A DNA stretch of 64,000 nt from positions 384,001 to 448,000 of the forward strand of contig OZ246001.1 of NCBI GenBank assembly GCA_965230295.1, given 5' to 3'. The notes beneath the pieces were generated by a model. It saw only the letters and a list, made by a program, of their open reading frames with translations, was not told where the DNA came from and searched no databases. Below, in pieces: positions 40,968-52,021 of the stretch (its first letter is position 1; each line of letters starts with the position of its first letter). Source of the stretch: Marinicella sp. (GTDB lineage Bacteria > Pseudomonadota > Gammaproteobacteria > Xanthomonadales > Marinicellaceae). Made by a program: the position numbers and the translations under genes.

Positions 40968-41019
40968 AAAAAAAGCCGAATCAAAAATCCGGCTTATTAT
41001 AGGTTAAGGATGACAAGAA

Positions 41020-43587
41020 TTACATATCATCAATCAGTTTCTTGGCTGCTTCAACCTGTTCAGCAGAACCTTCTGACACAATTTCATCCAGTAAGTTTTT
41101 AGCGCCTTCAGCATCGCCCATATCAATGTATGCTTTGGCCAAATCCAGCTTGGTATCAATGGCATCACCTTCTTCTAACAGGTCTTCCAAGCCTAAATCA
41201 ATTTCTTCATCCATACTGCCCTCATCGTCTTCATTTAATTCAAAAGTTTCAGCTTCATCTTCAGAAATATCTAACATGTCATTGAAGTCATCGTCACTTG
41301 ATTCTGATTCATCAGCAACTTCTTCATCGTCAGACACACTGATGTCTTCCGCTTGCTCTATTTCATCCAACTCTTCATCCAGGTCAAAGTCAAAATCTTC
41401 ATCAAAACTGAAATCATCATCAGCAACTTCTTCGGCAGCTTCTTCAACCACCTCTTCTGCAGCTTCTTCTAATTCGTCTATGGCATCCTCAGCATCTTCT
41501 GCTATGGTGTCAATCTCTTCATCCAGATCCAAATCATCAAATAAATCATCAGCCTCTTCGCTGCTATCTTCTGATGTATCATCTGCATCAATCTCTTCTA
41601 CAGCATCCTCTTCCTCATCGAACGACACATCTGCCAAGGTTTCACTGTGATCAGCTGTCACCGACATATTTGAATCATAATCATCGTCTGAATCTTCATC
41701 ATTCAGGAAACCATCAAGGTCAAAACCGTCGTCGCTTTTTTCTTCAAATGAAAACTCATCTGCCGTCTCAGAGTCTGACTCAGCTTCGTCACTGTCTTCA
41801 TCAAACATGATGCTCTTGTCTAATTCCGCCAGGACATCATCTTCATTTTCAGTTGTTTCTTCAAATTCATCTTCTTCCAATGGTTCATTCATCTTGGTGT
41901 CAGCCGAATCATCATCTTCTTCAACAAACTCTTGATCTTCTTCTTTATTGCGGTTTTTGATGTCATCTAAGAAACTGGTGTCTTCATCATCACCACCATC
42001 TCCTTTTCGCAGTGCCCTGGGTAAGAATATCAAAACAACCAGTGTAACCAATCCTATCAACACCCATTTGAGGTTATCCATGACCCAGTTAACCGCTGTA
42101 TCGACCATAGACTCACTTTCCGTGGCACCACTGAATTTTGGTGGGCTGGCAGGCTCAGTGCTTTCAGCTTCATCTGCGGCATCATCTGTGCTGTCCACTG
42201 TTGATGAATCAACACCTGTATCTGTTTCTGTCACATCAACTGCATCAACAGTTAAATTCAAAGCATCATCTATACCTTCATCAGTTGTTGTATCTGTTGT
42301 TGTATCGGTACTGACATCTTGTGAATCACCCCAAATGTCGTCAGTCGAATCATCCAACCCAGCCACAGTGTTGTCAGTGGTTTCTGTGATATCGTCTTCG
42401 GTTGTATTGGCCAATTGATTTTCCAGATTTGCCAAACTGTCATCTCCGATCTCAAGCACTTCCTGTTGTTGTTCTACGATGTCTTCCAACTCAGAAATAC
42501 GTTCTTTTAACTCCGTATTTTCACTGTCTTTGTTATACAGGTCTTCTTCCATAGCCTGAATGTCTGATGATGTGCCTTCATCTGAGTTGGATTGGCCGGT
42601 ATCAGAGCCATCACTGTCGCCTCCAGACAATTGCACACCATAGTCTAGGCTTGATGCAGGCTCTTCATAGGTAGGCACGCTGGTTTCTTGCGTTTGAAAA
42701 CTGGTGTAATCCTGTTGTGCTGGTGCCCAAGATTGGTGGTGCGATTCAACTTGCGCCAAGGCCTCAGAATAACCAATACTCGAAACTTCATCGATGGTGG
42801 GCATGGTCAAACGACTGCCCTTAACCAGTTGATTGATGTTGTTGTCTAAAAATGCAGATGGGTTGTTGTTATAAATTGCCATCATCATTTGATGGGTAGA
42901 CAAGTCACCCACTTTGTTGTTATTGGCAATCCTCCACAAAGTATCTCCCGCCTCAACATATACTTCAGAACTGGCATTGCTATATACCGGCGTACTGTCA
43001 ACAGATGATACCGGCTCCTCTTGTGTTGTGGTTTCTTCAGCCACATCAACCGTTGTGGTATCCTCACGAGGCTGTAATACAGGTGAGCTGTCTTCTGCTT
43101 CAACAGCAGGCTCTTCTGCAATGGGTTCTTCAATAACAGTATCCTGGATAGGTTCTACTACCACATTGTTGACCTGGACATTGGCACTGCTTTCGTAAAC
43201 AGGCGGATCCAACAGGATGGTGAACTCACGCAAAATTCGGCCATTGTTCCAGTTCACATCTAACAACAGGCTTACAATTGGCTCAGTCACCGGGCCATTC
43301 GAAGTGACATTGATTTGATATGGGTTTTCTTCGTCAAAACTAACCAGGATGTTAGATGGCACAAAAGATTTATCTAAACCAACTTTTTGATAATCATCGC
43401 TGCTGGCTAATTTAACTTCTAGATTTTGTAGCTCTTCTTCAGTGTTGGTGATCAATTCAATGCTAGAACGCAATGGTTCATTCAAAGCTGAATAGACTTG
43501 AATTTTGCCCATTCCCAAAGAAAGAGAAGATTGTGAGACGATGGTTAAGCCAATGACCAAGGCCAATAAAATCAATTTTTGCTTCAT
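41020..43587 (-). CDS. fimV: FimV/HubP polar landmark protein
   Basis: YSALNEPL, REFTILLDP, LysM-like GDTLWRIA, TM helix, acidic region, C-terminal KLDLAKAYIDMGD. Confidence 0.93.
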   Translation of the reverse strand: MKQKLILLALVIGLTIVSQSSLSLGMGKIQVYSALNEPLRSSIELITNTEEELQNLEVKLASSDDYQKVGLDKSFVPSNILVSFDEENPYQINVTSNGPVTEPIVSLLLDVNWNNGRILREFTILLDPPVYESSANVQVNNVVVEPIQDTVIEEPIAEEPAVEAEDSSPVLQPREDTTTVDVAEETTTQEEPVSSVDSTPVYSNASSEVYVEAGDTLWRIANNNKVGDLSTHQMMMAIYNNNPSAFLDNNINQLVKGSRLTMPTIDEVSSIGYSEALAQVESHHQSWAPAQQDYTSFQTQETSVPTYEEPASSLDYGVQLSGGDSDGSDTGQSNSDEGTSSDIQAMEEDLYNKDSENTELKERISELEDIVEQQQEVLEIGDDSLANLENQLANTTEDDITETTDNTVAGLDDSTDDIWGDSQDVSTDTTTDTTTDEGIDDALNLTVDAVDVTETDTGVDSSTVDSTDDAADEAESTEPASPPKFSGATESESMVDTAVNWVMDNLKWVLIGLVTLVVLIFLPRALRKGDGGDDEDTSFLDDIKNRNKEEDQEFVEEDDDSADTKMNEPLEEDEFEETTENEDDVLAELDKSIMFDEDSDEAESDSETADEFSFEEKSDDGFDLDGFLNDEDSDDDYDSNMSVTADHSETLADVSFDEEEDAVEEIDADDTSEDSSEEADDLFDDLDLDEEIDTIAEDAEDAIDELEEAAEEVVEEAAEEVADDDFSFDEDFDFDLDEELDEIEQAEDISVSDDEEVADESESSDDDFNDMLDISEDEAETFELNEDDEGSMDEEIDLGLEDLLEEGDAIDTKLDLAKAYIDMGDAEGAKNLLDEIVSEGSAEQVEAAKKLIDDM

Positions 43588-43700
43588 AATTTACCCAATG
43601 CTTTTACGTTAGTATTTTTAGTGATATTAAGTTATCGTTATTGATGGTAACTAATTCTACAATAAAAATCCAAGAATTTATCTAAAAAAAGTCAGCTAAC

Positions 43701-44729
43701 TTACTCTTTATCCAGTATTTTTATTAATTTTTCTGCAATTTGCACGCTGTTTAATGCTGCGCCTTTGCGGATGTTATCAGACACAATCCATAGATTAAGC
43801 CCTTTTTCATAGGAGATGTCCTCACGAATTCTGCCTACATAAACAGGGTCATTTCCTGCTGAATTGACTGCAGGTGAAGGGTATTTAAGCTGCTTAGGCT
43901 CATCAAGCAATGTCACACCCTCGGCTTCTTGCATCAATTGTTTAACCTCTTGGGCAGTGATTTTTTCTTTGGTTTCAATATGAACCGCTTCCGCATGCCC
44001 ATAGAATACGGGCACCCGAACACATGTTGGGTTCACCAAAATACTTCGATCATCCAGAATTTTTTGGGTTTCCCATACCATTTTCATCTCTTCTCTGGTG
44101 TAATCATTGTCTTGAAATTGATCAATGTGAGGGATTACATTGAATGCAATTTGTTGAGAAAAGGCATTGATCTGTAATGGCTTGAAATTCAACAAAGATC
44201 TGGTCTGATCGGACAATTCAGTGATGCCTTTGTTACCTGCTCCCGAAACAGATTGGTAAGTGGCCACATTGATCCGCTCGATACCCACTTTTTCATGAAT
44301 CGGCGCCAAAGCCACCATCATTTGTATGGTAGAACAATTCGGATTGGCAATGATGTATGTGTTGGTATAATCCTTGATCGCTTCCGGGTTAACTTCAGGA
44401 ACCACCAAAGGCACATCTTCTTCGTTTCTGAAGTACGATGTGTTGTCAATCACAACACACTTGTTATCTGCGGCTTTGGGCGCAAATTCAGCCGATATAC
44501 TGCCACCTGCCGAAAACAAGGCTATATCGGCTTTGGCAAAATCAAAATTTGCCAAATCACCAATTTGAACCTGTTTTTTATTGAAATCTATCATTTCACC
44601 CGCACTGCGTTCACTGGCCAATGGGTACAGGTTCTCGATAGGGAAATCCCTTTCTTCAAGGATTTCTAACATGGTTTTGCCGACAGCACCTGTGGCGCCG
44701 ACTACTGCAACGTTGTATTTTTTACTCAT
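43701..44729 (-). CDS. asd: Aspartate-semialdehyde dehydrogenase
   Basis: GATGAVG, NPNCST, DNIRKGAA. Confidence 0.96.
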   Translation of the reverse strand: MSKKYNVAVVGATGAVGKTMLEILEERDFPIENLYPLASERSAGEMIDFNKKQVQIGDLANFDFAKADIALFSAGGSISAEFAPKAADNKCVVIDNTSYFRNEEDVPLVVPEVNPEAIKDYTNTYIIANPNCSTIQMMVALAPIHEKVGIERINVATYQSVSGAGNKGITELSDQTRSLLNFKPLQINAFSQQIAFNVIPHIDQFQDNDYTREEMKMVWETQKILDDRSILVNPTCVRVPVFYGHAEAVHIETKEKITAQEVKQLMQEAEGVTLLDEPKQLKYPSPAVNSAGNDPVYVGRIREDISYEKGLNLWIVSDNIRKGAALNSVQIAEKLIKILDKE

Positions 44730-44750
44730 TTTCTTGGTTGTTATTTTTAA

Positions 44751-45815
44751 TTATTCTGATTGGGTTTGTGCCTGGTGCCGCATGATATGGTCCATGATCA
44801 CCAGTGCCATCATAGATTCAACTATAGGTGTGGCCCTGATACCTACACAAGGATCGTGCCTGCCTTTGGTCACCACCTCAATGGCATTGCCTTCAATGTC
44901 TATACTTTTGCCAGGAATTCGCAGTGATGAGGTGGGTTTGAATGCCACGCTTACTGTGATGTCCTGCCCGGTTGATACACCAGCCAAAATGCCTCCTGCA
45001 TGGTTACTGGTGAATTCACCATCAACGATTTCATCTCGATGGACGGTACCATTTTGTGCCACTGAAGCGAAGCCGGCACCGATTTCGACCCCTTTGGTGG
45101 CATTGATGCTCATCATGGCTAAGGCCAGTTCAGCATCTAACTTTCCATACACCGGCTCACCTAAACCGGCCGGCACATTAACTGCTTTGGCATTGATTCG
45201 AGCGCCAACTGAGTCCCCAAACTTACGCAGTGCATCCATGTAAGCATCCAATTCAGGTACCCGATCAATGGCACCGGTAAAAAACGGGCTGTCATCTACC
45301 CGACTTAAATCGCCAGCTGGTAAATCAATGTCGCCCAATTGAGCCAGCCAGGCGACAATTTCAATGTCATGATGAAGTTTTAACCATTTGCGTGCCAATG
45401 CGCCTGCAGCCACTCGCATGGTGGTTTCGCGAGCAGAAGAACGGCCACCACCACGGTAATCCCTGACTCCATACTTTTTCCAATATGAATAATCAGCATG
45501 ACCTGGCCTGATTTGTTTAGCGATTTCAGTGTAGTCTTTACTTCTGGCATCGGTGTTCTCAATGATCAAAGCAATCGGATGTCCTGTGGTAACCCCTTCA
45601 AACACACCAGATACAATTTGCACATCATCTTGTTCCTTGCGTTGAGAAGTGTGACGAGAACGCCCTGTGGCCCGACGAATAAGCTCAGCCTTAATTTCAT
45701 CTGCACAGATTGGCATCCCGGGTGGAAAACCATCCAAAACACATCCTATGGTCGAACCATGAGACTCACCGAATGAAGTAAAACGCAGTACTTTACCAAA
45801 TGTATTATGCGACAT
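44751..45815 (-). CDS. aroC: Chorismate synthase
   Basis: [26 protein letters not shown]. Confidence 0.97.
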   Translation of the reverse strand: MSHNTFGKVLRFTSFGESHGSTIGCVLDGFPPGMPICADEIKAELIRRATGRSRHTSQRKEQDDVQIVSGVFEGVTTGHPIALIIENTDARSKDYTEIAKQIRPGHADYSYWKKYGVRDYRGGGRSSARETTMRVAAGALARKWLKLHHDIEIVAWLAQLGDIDLPAGDLSRVDDSPFFTGAIDRVPELDAYMDALRKFGDSVGARINAKAVNVPAGLGEPVYGKLDAELALAMMSINATKGVEIGAGFASVAQNGTVHRDEIVDGEFTSNHAGGILAGVSTGQDITVSVAFKPTSSLRIPGKSIDIEGNAIEVVTKGRHDPCVGIRATPIVESMMALVIMDHIMRHQAQTQSE

Positions 45816-46716
45816 GGGTTGCTAAAAACTCCTTGAATTCAGACCGGTACTTTAACAAATCACGACGACTAAAAACACATATTCCTTGTCCTCCCAGAGA
45901 GAAATCAATCCATTCGAAGTGCACTTCAGGCAAACAATGGCTCAAAACTTCATCGTTGTACCCCACCTCCAGAAATAAATAGCCATCTTCAGATAAATAT
46001 TCCGGGGCCTGTAGCAGGATGTTTACCGGCAACTCCATGCCCTGAATGTGACTGACCAAAGCCATTTTGGGTTCATGCATAAATTCAGTGGGTAATGACT
46101 GGTATTCCTCTTCGGCCACATAGGGTGGATTGGTTACGATCAAGTCAAAGCAGCCATCTACATCAGTCAATAAGTCAGAGTTCACACAGGTAACACTTTG
46201 TTCAAGTTGTAACATCGAGGTGTTTTCGGCTGCCAACGCCAATGCATCTTGACTCAAATCAACCAGGGTCAGTGTTGATTGGGGGAAATAGTGAGCAATG
46301 GCCAGGCCAATACAACCACAACCGGTGCACAGGTCCATGACCCTGATCTCTTCACTCATATCAACCCAGGGTGCAAAGCCGTCATCAATCAATTCGGCAA
46401 AGGGAGACCGGGGTATCAATGCCCGGGGGTCTATTTTGAATGTCAGGCCGGCAAATACTGAAAAACCAACCAAATAAGCCATAGGTATCTTTTCTGTGAC
46501 CCGTTGTTTTAACAGCTGCTCAATGAGCTTTGATTGTGAATCAGTCAACATCCGTTCTGATGATTGGTTCAAAGTGAGAAAGTCAACATCAAGAACGTAC
46601 ATTAACAGCAGCAAGACTTCATCTTCAGCCATGGCCACACCATGCCCAAAAAACACATCTTGTTCAGATAAAAGTGCGATCGACCGATTGAAAATCTCTT
46701 GTACTGAGGAGGCCAC
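45805..46716 (-). CDS. prmB: Ribosomal protein L3 N5-glutamine methyltransferase
   Basis: [20 protein letters not shown]; upstream of aroC. Confidence 0.92.
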   Translation of the reverse strand: MASSVQEIFNRSIALLSEQDVFFGHGVAMAEDEVLLLLMYVLDVDFLTLNQSSERMLTDSQSKLIEQLLKQRVTEKIPMAYLVGFSVFAGLTFKIDPRALIPRSPFAELIDDGFAPWVDMSEEIRVMDLCTGCGCIGLAIAHYFPQSTLTLVDLSQDALALAAENTSMLQLEQSVTCVNSDLLTDVDGCFDLIVTNPPYVAEEEYQSLPTEFMHEPKMALVSHIQGMELPVNILLQAPEYLSEDGYLFLEVGYNDEVLSHCLPEVHFEWIDFSLGGQGICVFSRRDLLKYRSEFKEFLATHVA

Positions 46717-46788
46717 TTATTTAACCCAAAGTAAAAAAGTTATACAATGCCTGTTTTTATGAACCAGGTCAACGCTTAAAACACCTTT

Positions 46789-47412
46789 ATGAAGAAACAT
46801 TATAAAAGCAATATCTTGATGGTCCTTACTTTATTATTGCTCCTGGCAGGGTGCGACCAGAAAGACAACACCAATCAAGTAAAACAAACTTATCAGGCCT
46901 TAAAAATGTTCCCTGAAGGAAAACCTTTTTCCGGCTTCACGTTGACCAGCCAACATGGTACACCTTGGGATGCCAATTCATTCAAAGGTAAATACTCAGT
47001 GGTTTTCTTTGGCTTTGCCAATTGCCCGGATATTTGCCCAACCACATTGTTGGACATGCAGAAGATAGACAAACAACTCAAAGCAGAGAACATCAACAGC
47101 CCAAACTTTGTCTTTATCTCAGTTGATCCTGACCGTGACACACCTGAATCCTTGAATGAGTACATCAATTTCTTCAACCCTGAATTCTATGCATTGACAG
47201 GTGATGCTGCCAATATCTTATCAATTGCCACACAAATTGGTGTGGCCTACAAAGTCGCAGACCACCAACCTGGTGATTTAATCTATGATGTGGACCATGC
47301 ATCTGCCTTGTATGTGCTCAACCCTGCAGGTGAACGGATTGGCATTTTTACGGCACCACACGACATCAATCACATCACCCAAGATCTGAAAAAATTACTG
47401 GAAAACTCATGA
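46789..47412 (+). CDS. SCO family copper chaperone lipoprotein
   Basis: Lipobox LAGC, CPDIC, VDPDRD, DH. Confidence 0.92.
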   Translation: MKKHYKSNILMVLTLLLLLAGCDQKDNTNQVKQTYQALKMFPEGKPFSGFTLTSQHGTPWDANSFKGKYSVVFFGFANCPDICPTTLLDMQKIDKQLKAENINSPNFVFISVDPDRDTPESLNEYINFFNPEFYALTGDAANILSIATQIGVAYKVADHQPGDLIYDVDHASALYVLNPAGERIGIFTAPHDINHITQDLKKLLENS

Positions 47413-48248
47413 AATCGATTGCCTTGTTCTTTCAATACATACTGCCTCACAGATTGTTATCTCGATTGATGTATCACTTGATGCGCATTCGCAACAAACC
47501 CATCAAGCACTTCACACTCAATCAAATGATTAAAAAATTCAACATCAACATGGATGAAGCAGTTTCGAAAGATTTCAATGACTATGAACACTTTAATGCC
47601 TTTTTCACCCGAGCATTGAAACCAGGAGTTAGGCCCATTGATGGCATGGCAGACAGCTTGGTGTCTCCTGTTGATGGCGTGATCTCCCAAATGGGAGACA
47701 TTGATCATGATTTGATCCTTCAAGCCAAAGGACACCATTACACCTTGAATGATTTATTGGCGTCTGAGATGACTGAAGACTTTAACGATGGTCATTTCAT
47801 GACCATTTACCTGTCACCCAAAGATTATCACCGCCTACATGCTCCACTGGATTGTGAAATCAAAACCATGAGGCACGTCCCTGGCCGGCTATTCAGTGTG
47901 GCTGACTGGACCACTCAAAAGATTCCCAGATTATTTGCCCGCAATGAACGGTTGATCAATCATTTGCATACACCGTTTGGCAAAGTAGCCTATGTTTATG
48001 TAGGAGCTATTTTGGTCTCCAGCATGGAAACGGTTTGTAATGGCGTTATCACCCCCCCTTATGCAAGCCAAGTCACAGATGTCCTGGTTGAAGGTAAAAG
48101 CAAATACCGCAAAGGTGAAGAAATGGGCCGATTCAATATGGGTTCAACAGTCATCCTGCTGCTTCCCAAAAACTCAGTTTCTTTCAACCCTGAACTGAAA
48201 GCAGGTTCTGAGCTTAAATTAGGACAAAAAATTGGCACTTTAATGTGA
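47409..48248 (+). CDS. psd: Phosphatidylserine decarboxylase
   Basis: FFTR, SPVDG, YLSPKDYHR, GST cleavage motif. Confidence 0.95.
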   Translation: MKSIALFFQYILPHRLLSRLMYHLMRIRNKPIKHFTLNQMIKKFNINMDEAVSKDFNDYEHFNAFFTRALKPGVRPIDGMADSLVSPVDGVISQMGDIDHDLILQAKGHHYTLNDLLASEMTEDFNDGHFMTIYLSPKDYHRLHAPLDCEIKTMRHVPGRLFSVADWTTQKIPRLFARNERLINHLHTPFGKVAYVYVGAILVSSMETVCNGVITPPYASQVTDVLVEGKSKYRKGEEMGRFNMGSTVILLLPKNSVSFNPELKAGSELKLGQKIGTLM

Positions 48249-48279
48249 ATTATTAAGTCCAACTGCGGTCAATCATGAT

Positions 48280-49029
48280 ATGAAAAAAATAATCTTGTAC
48301 ATCCATACTTGCTTACTGTTATTAGTAACGATTTCACCTGCTTTGGCACAAACCCAGTCAGATGTCCTGTTACCAGAAGCCAATCGTGATTTCGATTTTG
48401 ATTACGAAACCCTAGACCCCATAAAGTTCAATTCTTTTGCTGAGGCCGCTGCATGGGCAGATGTGGTTGCCATTGCACAGGTATTGAATGTTGATTATGA
48501 GCAAACCCGTGAGATCAATGCCAAAGGTCAGGCCTTTTTGACAGTTCGTGTTCCCTATAAAGGCGTACAAAAAGATGAATTCTTGATCGTCAGCAGCAAA
48601 GGTTTTGATGAACATGTTTGTTATTATCCCAATCGCGAAGGTGAAGGAGAACGCTTTTTGGTGTTTCTCAAAAAATCCAAAAATTCAGGTGAATACCATG
48701 GATTCAAACCGATGTGTCAGTTGCAAGTCTTGCTCACCGATACCGGCGAGTATGCTTTGCGCTACCCTTACAACACCCACATTGACTTGGATGAAGGGTT
48801 GGTCAGAGACATTCAATTCAATGACCCACATGCCAGAATTGACGCCACTGAATGGACCGGGTTGCGTCGTGAAGAACACCAAAAAACCTATGCCAGCACG
48901 TTGACTGAAGAAAGTGATTTGTTTCAAAAATACTTTTATCTGACCTACACAAAAGGGGTGATGATTTATGAAATCAGAAAGTTGTTGAACATAAAGACCA
49001 AACAACGCATCAGCTCCAAGCAAATGTAA
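48280..49029 (+). CDS. Secreted hypothetical protein
   Basis: Signal peptide, 249-aa ORF downstream of psd. Confidence 0.7.
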   Translation: MKKIILYIHTCLLLLVTISPALAQTQSDVLLPEANRDFDFDYETLDPIKFNSFAEAAAWADVVAIAQVLNVDYEQTREINAKGQAFLTVRVPYKGVQKDEFLIVSSKGFDEHVCYYPNREGEGERFLVFLKKSKNSGEYHGFKPMCQLQVLLTDTGEYALRYPYNTHIDLDEGLVRDIQFNDPHARIDATEWTGLRREEHQKTYASTLTEESDLFQKYFYLTYTKGVMIYEIRKLLNIKTKQRISSKQM

Positions 49030-49172
49030 AGACTTCGCTTATTTCAAGGCTGATTCAATTCATCCATACCCAAAACACCGCCAGATGGCCGCGGTTTAAA
49101 CCGATGATTATCTGTAACCATTGATTCCAGCGGTACAAAAAACAATCAACCTTCCAAAACAGTGGCGATGAA

Positions 49173-50822
49173 TCATTCTGCCATATCAGATAAGGTCTCA
49201 CATAAGGCAACGTTTTCAGCTGTTGGCCTGGTCAAAGGCACCTCACCTGCAAGGTTCAGCGCAGGGATTTCATATTTCATTTGGGCATTCAAACAGTCGC
49301 TGAAGGTCAAAATCATGGTGCCGTACGCAGAAGATACAACTGGTGTAGGGTCATCAAAAATACCGCCTGTGGTTAAAATCAATGTTAATTCAACCTCGTT
49401 ACCATCAATGGGCCCGATACCAGTTAGCCACCGGTGATTGGCATCACCCAATGTGGCACTGTTACCACCTGAACTGGCCGTCACATCGAAAGTGAAAAAG
49501 CCAATAAATACGTTACCTTGTGATGGAAAAACATTGACAAAAATACCTTGGCCTGATGTGGCCGGATTAAACCAAGCGCCGTTCATACCTGAATTAATTT
49601 TTACTGGGTCGGGCTGTTTCTCCACCTCGCCTGACACCACATAAACAAGGTTTCCATTGGCTGCTGTTATCAAATAGTCATCCTTGTTATCACCATCAAC
49701 GTCACCAATTCCCACAGCATCAAATCCCAATTGGCTTGAAACAATTGTATGTTGCATCGTCTGTAACACAGCACCATCTTTTCCGGAAATAACCTCAACC
49801 TTACCTGCTTGGTTTGGACTTGCGGTATAAAAACCCACTATGACATCGGCAAACCCGTCATTATTAACATCTCCCGCATAACGACCTGGTCCTGCCCCTT
49901 CACCTGCAGATCCACTGATTCTGTGTATGACCTGTTGATCTGTACCAGAAAAAACATACACCCTACCGGAACCACCAGCATGGTTATAGTCTCCAACGTA
50001 TATATCTTCAGTACCATCTGCATTGACATCACCTGCATTGGCCACAAAAAACTGTCCAAATACATTGGCACCACTGTCAGGGTTTAAAGCAAAAAGAAAG
50101 TTGCCATCAATCCCTGAATACACATAGGCTTTACCACCTTGACCGGCATTATAGGCACCAACAATATGTTCTTTAACCGTGTCATTGTTCAAATCTCCCA
50201 GCAAGGCCACACCACCACCAAAGCGATCTTGTGCCGATTCAGCTTCTAAAGTACGAATCAGTTGTCCACTGGCTCCTGAATATATATAAACACGCCCTGA
50301 CAGCGTACCTTGAGAGCCATTGCTTTCAGCACCAACCATGAAATCGCTGTTGCCATCATTGTTAACATCTCCTGCTGATGACACGGCAGCACCAAATCTA
50401 TCGCCTGTATTTTCTCCATTGAGGCGCCAAATTTCGTTGCCAGTTGCACCAGAATAGACAATGGCTATTCCAGTTGAATTACTGAACAAAGTACCACCTG
50501 CGATGATGTCATTGACACCATCGGCATCAACATCACCTGCATCAGCAACGGCATAGCCTAAACTGCTGTTAGCCAAGCTGAATGTATGTAACAACGACCC
50601 ATCGGCTCCTGAATATACGGTGACGGTACTGGTCCCAGTTGAACTGACCACATAATCTGTAATTCCATCACCGGTGATGTCTGTCAGATCGGCCACAGCC
50701 CAACCAAATAAACCACTGCCAGTTTTTTGTTGTAAAACCTGTGTATTGCCTTGAAATTGGGCGCTCACGCCAGTACCCAATAAAAAAGTAAGAATGAAGG
50801 CAAACTGAATCAATTTTTTCAC
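49173..50822 (-). CDS. Secreted FG-GAP (integrin-alpha beta-propeller) repeat protein with an uncharacterised C-terminal domain
   Basis: Seven GD(V/L)xxDGxxD-type repeats; GTG start at 50822 after AGGAG (track 50900). Confidence 0.87.
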   Translation of the reverse strand: MKKLIQFAFILTFLLGTGVSAQFQGNTQVLQQKTGSGLFGWAVADLTDITGDGITDYVVSSTGTSTVTVYSGADGSLLHTFSLANSSLGYAVADAGDVDADGVNDIIAGGTLFSNSTGIAIVYSGATGNEIWRLNGENTGDRFGAAVSSAGDVNNDGNSDFMVGAESNGSQGTLSGRVYIYSGASGQLIRTLEAESAQDRFGGGVALLGDLNNDTVKEHIVGAYNAGQGGKAYVYSGIDGNFLFALNPDSGANVFGQFFVANAGDVNADGTEDIYVGDYNHAGGSGRVYVFSGTDQQVIHRISGSAGEGAGPGRYAGDVNNDGFADVIVGFYTASPNQAGKVEVISGKDGAVLQTMQHTIVSSQLGFDAVGIGDVDGDNKDDYLITAANGNLVYVVSGEVEKQPDPVKINSGMNGAWFNPATSGQGIFVNVFPSQGNVFIGFFTFDVTASSGGNSATLGDANHRWLTGIGPIDGNEVELTLILTTGGIFDDPTPVVSSAYGTMILTFSDCLNAQMKYEIPALNLAGEVPLTRPTAENVALCETLSDMAE

Positions 50823-50999
50823 TGCGTATTTCTCCTGGTAACTTATGTTTAAGACATGAGGCATCAACTTTATGAAGCCATGTGTGACCTCAAAACCCAA
50901 TCTACTAAAGATACTATAGTTCAGACCCTAAACACAGTCAATTCATTTCATAAACTTGCTTCCTTGGCTTTTTGATACTTCAGCGCCACCCCTAAGCCA

Positions 51000-51028
51000 T
51001 TGACTTAAACCGCATTTTCAGGTATGTT
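51000..51028 (+). promoter_or_regulatory. Putative sigma70 promoter
   Basis: TTGACT-N17-TATGTT upstream of 51101. Confidence 0.55.
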
Positions 51029-51100
51029 AATTAAACGTCAACCCTACAACAGCTCGCTGAGTAAGCAATTCTCAGGGGGCGATTTAATAGGGGAAAATCA

Positions 51101-51868
51101 ATGAATAAAATCTATTCAATTCTACTTACTTTGTTGTTGATTCCTGCCTTGTGTGTGGCAGATGATCACGAAAAAAAACCTCAACTGATTGCTGATTCGT
51201 GGACAGTGGTTCCAAAAGCTGATCAAGGCGCTGAATTTGAGGAAGCACTGAAAGCCCACATGGCCAAACGTGTTGAAAATGGCGACCCGAGAGAGTGGCA
51301 TGTATATGTTCCTGTAACAGGCGGTGACTTAAACAGGTACGTTATCAGGTCTTGTTGTTTCCAATGGGCAGATCAAGACAGCTATGGTAAGTGGAGCCAG
51401 GAAAACATGGGCCAACACTGGAATGAGACGGTACACCCCCATGTGAAAAAATACATGCATAACTATTCTGAGCTGGATTCAGAGAACAGTCATTGGGGAG
51501 AGAACACCATAGCCAATTTTGTGGGTGTCACCATGTTTCATATCAAACCTGGTAAAAGCGGCAAAATGGGTGAGTCAATCGCTGCAATGAGCACTTTGGC
51601 TAAAGACAATGACTGGCCCAGAAACTGGTCATGGTTTTATCCCGTTGGTGGGCCTGCAGCAGTCGGTTTAGCGACTCCTTTTGAAAACTATGCTCAAATG
51701 GCACCTATGGAAGAAAATTTCTATCAATTTGCTAAAAAGCATTTGAAGTCAGAGAAAAAAGCCGACAAGATGTTTGATAAGTTTGGCTCAGCTCACAGCG
51801 GTGGTGAATACACCATTTGGCGACATCGAAAAGACTTCAATATGAAAAAAGAGGCCGCAGAAGAATAA
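51101..51868 (+). CDS. Secreted hypothetical protein (possible duplicated dimeric alpha-beta barrel/NIPSNAP-like fold)
   Basis: Signal peptide; two similar halves (VVPKADQGAEFE / HIKPGKSGKMG). Confidence 0.7.
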   Translation: MNKIYSILLTLLLIPALCVADDHEKKPQLIADSWTVVPKADQGAEFEEALKAHMAKRVENGDPREWHVYVPVTGGDLNRYVIRSCCFQWADQDSYGKWSQENMGQHWNETVHPHVKKYMHNYSELDSENSHWGENTIANFVGVTMFHIKPGKSGKMGESIAAMSTLAKDNDWPRNWSWFYPVGGPAAVGLATPFENYAQMAPMEENFYQFAKKHLKSEKKADKMFDKFGSAHSGGEYTIWRHRKDFNMKKEAAEE

Positions 51869-51886
51869 ATATGAACCAAAGACCAT

Positions 51887-51911
51887 AAAGGGGGCAATGC
51901 CCCCTTTTTTT
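51887..51911 (+). terminator. Intrinsic terminator
   Basis: AAAGGGGGC-AAT-GCCCCCTTTTTTT. Confidence 0.85.
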
Positions 51912-52021
51912 ATGCCCATTACAAAATTTCCAAGTATCACAATAAATCAAGACTTTGTTCACACTTTGTTAAGCTCTTTTTGTCTAACATGAAAATCCCA
52001 TAAACTTGAAAACGTAAAATT

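Noticed and set aside
41042-42418. Long Ser-rich plus-strand ORFs (202 and 156 aa)
   Set aside because: Antisense shadows of the Asp/Glu-rich fimV region (GAT/GAA codons read as TCA/TCT-type codons)
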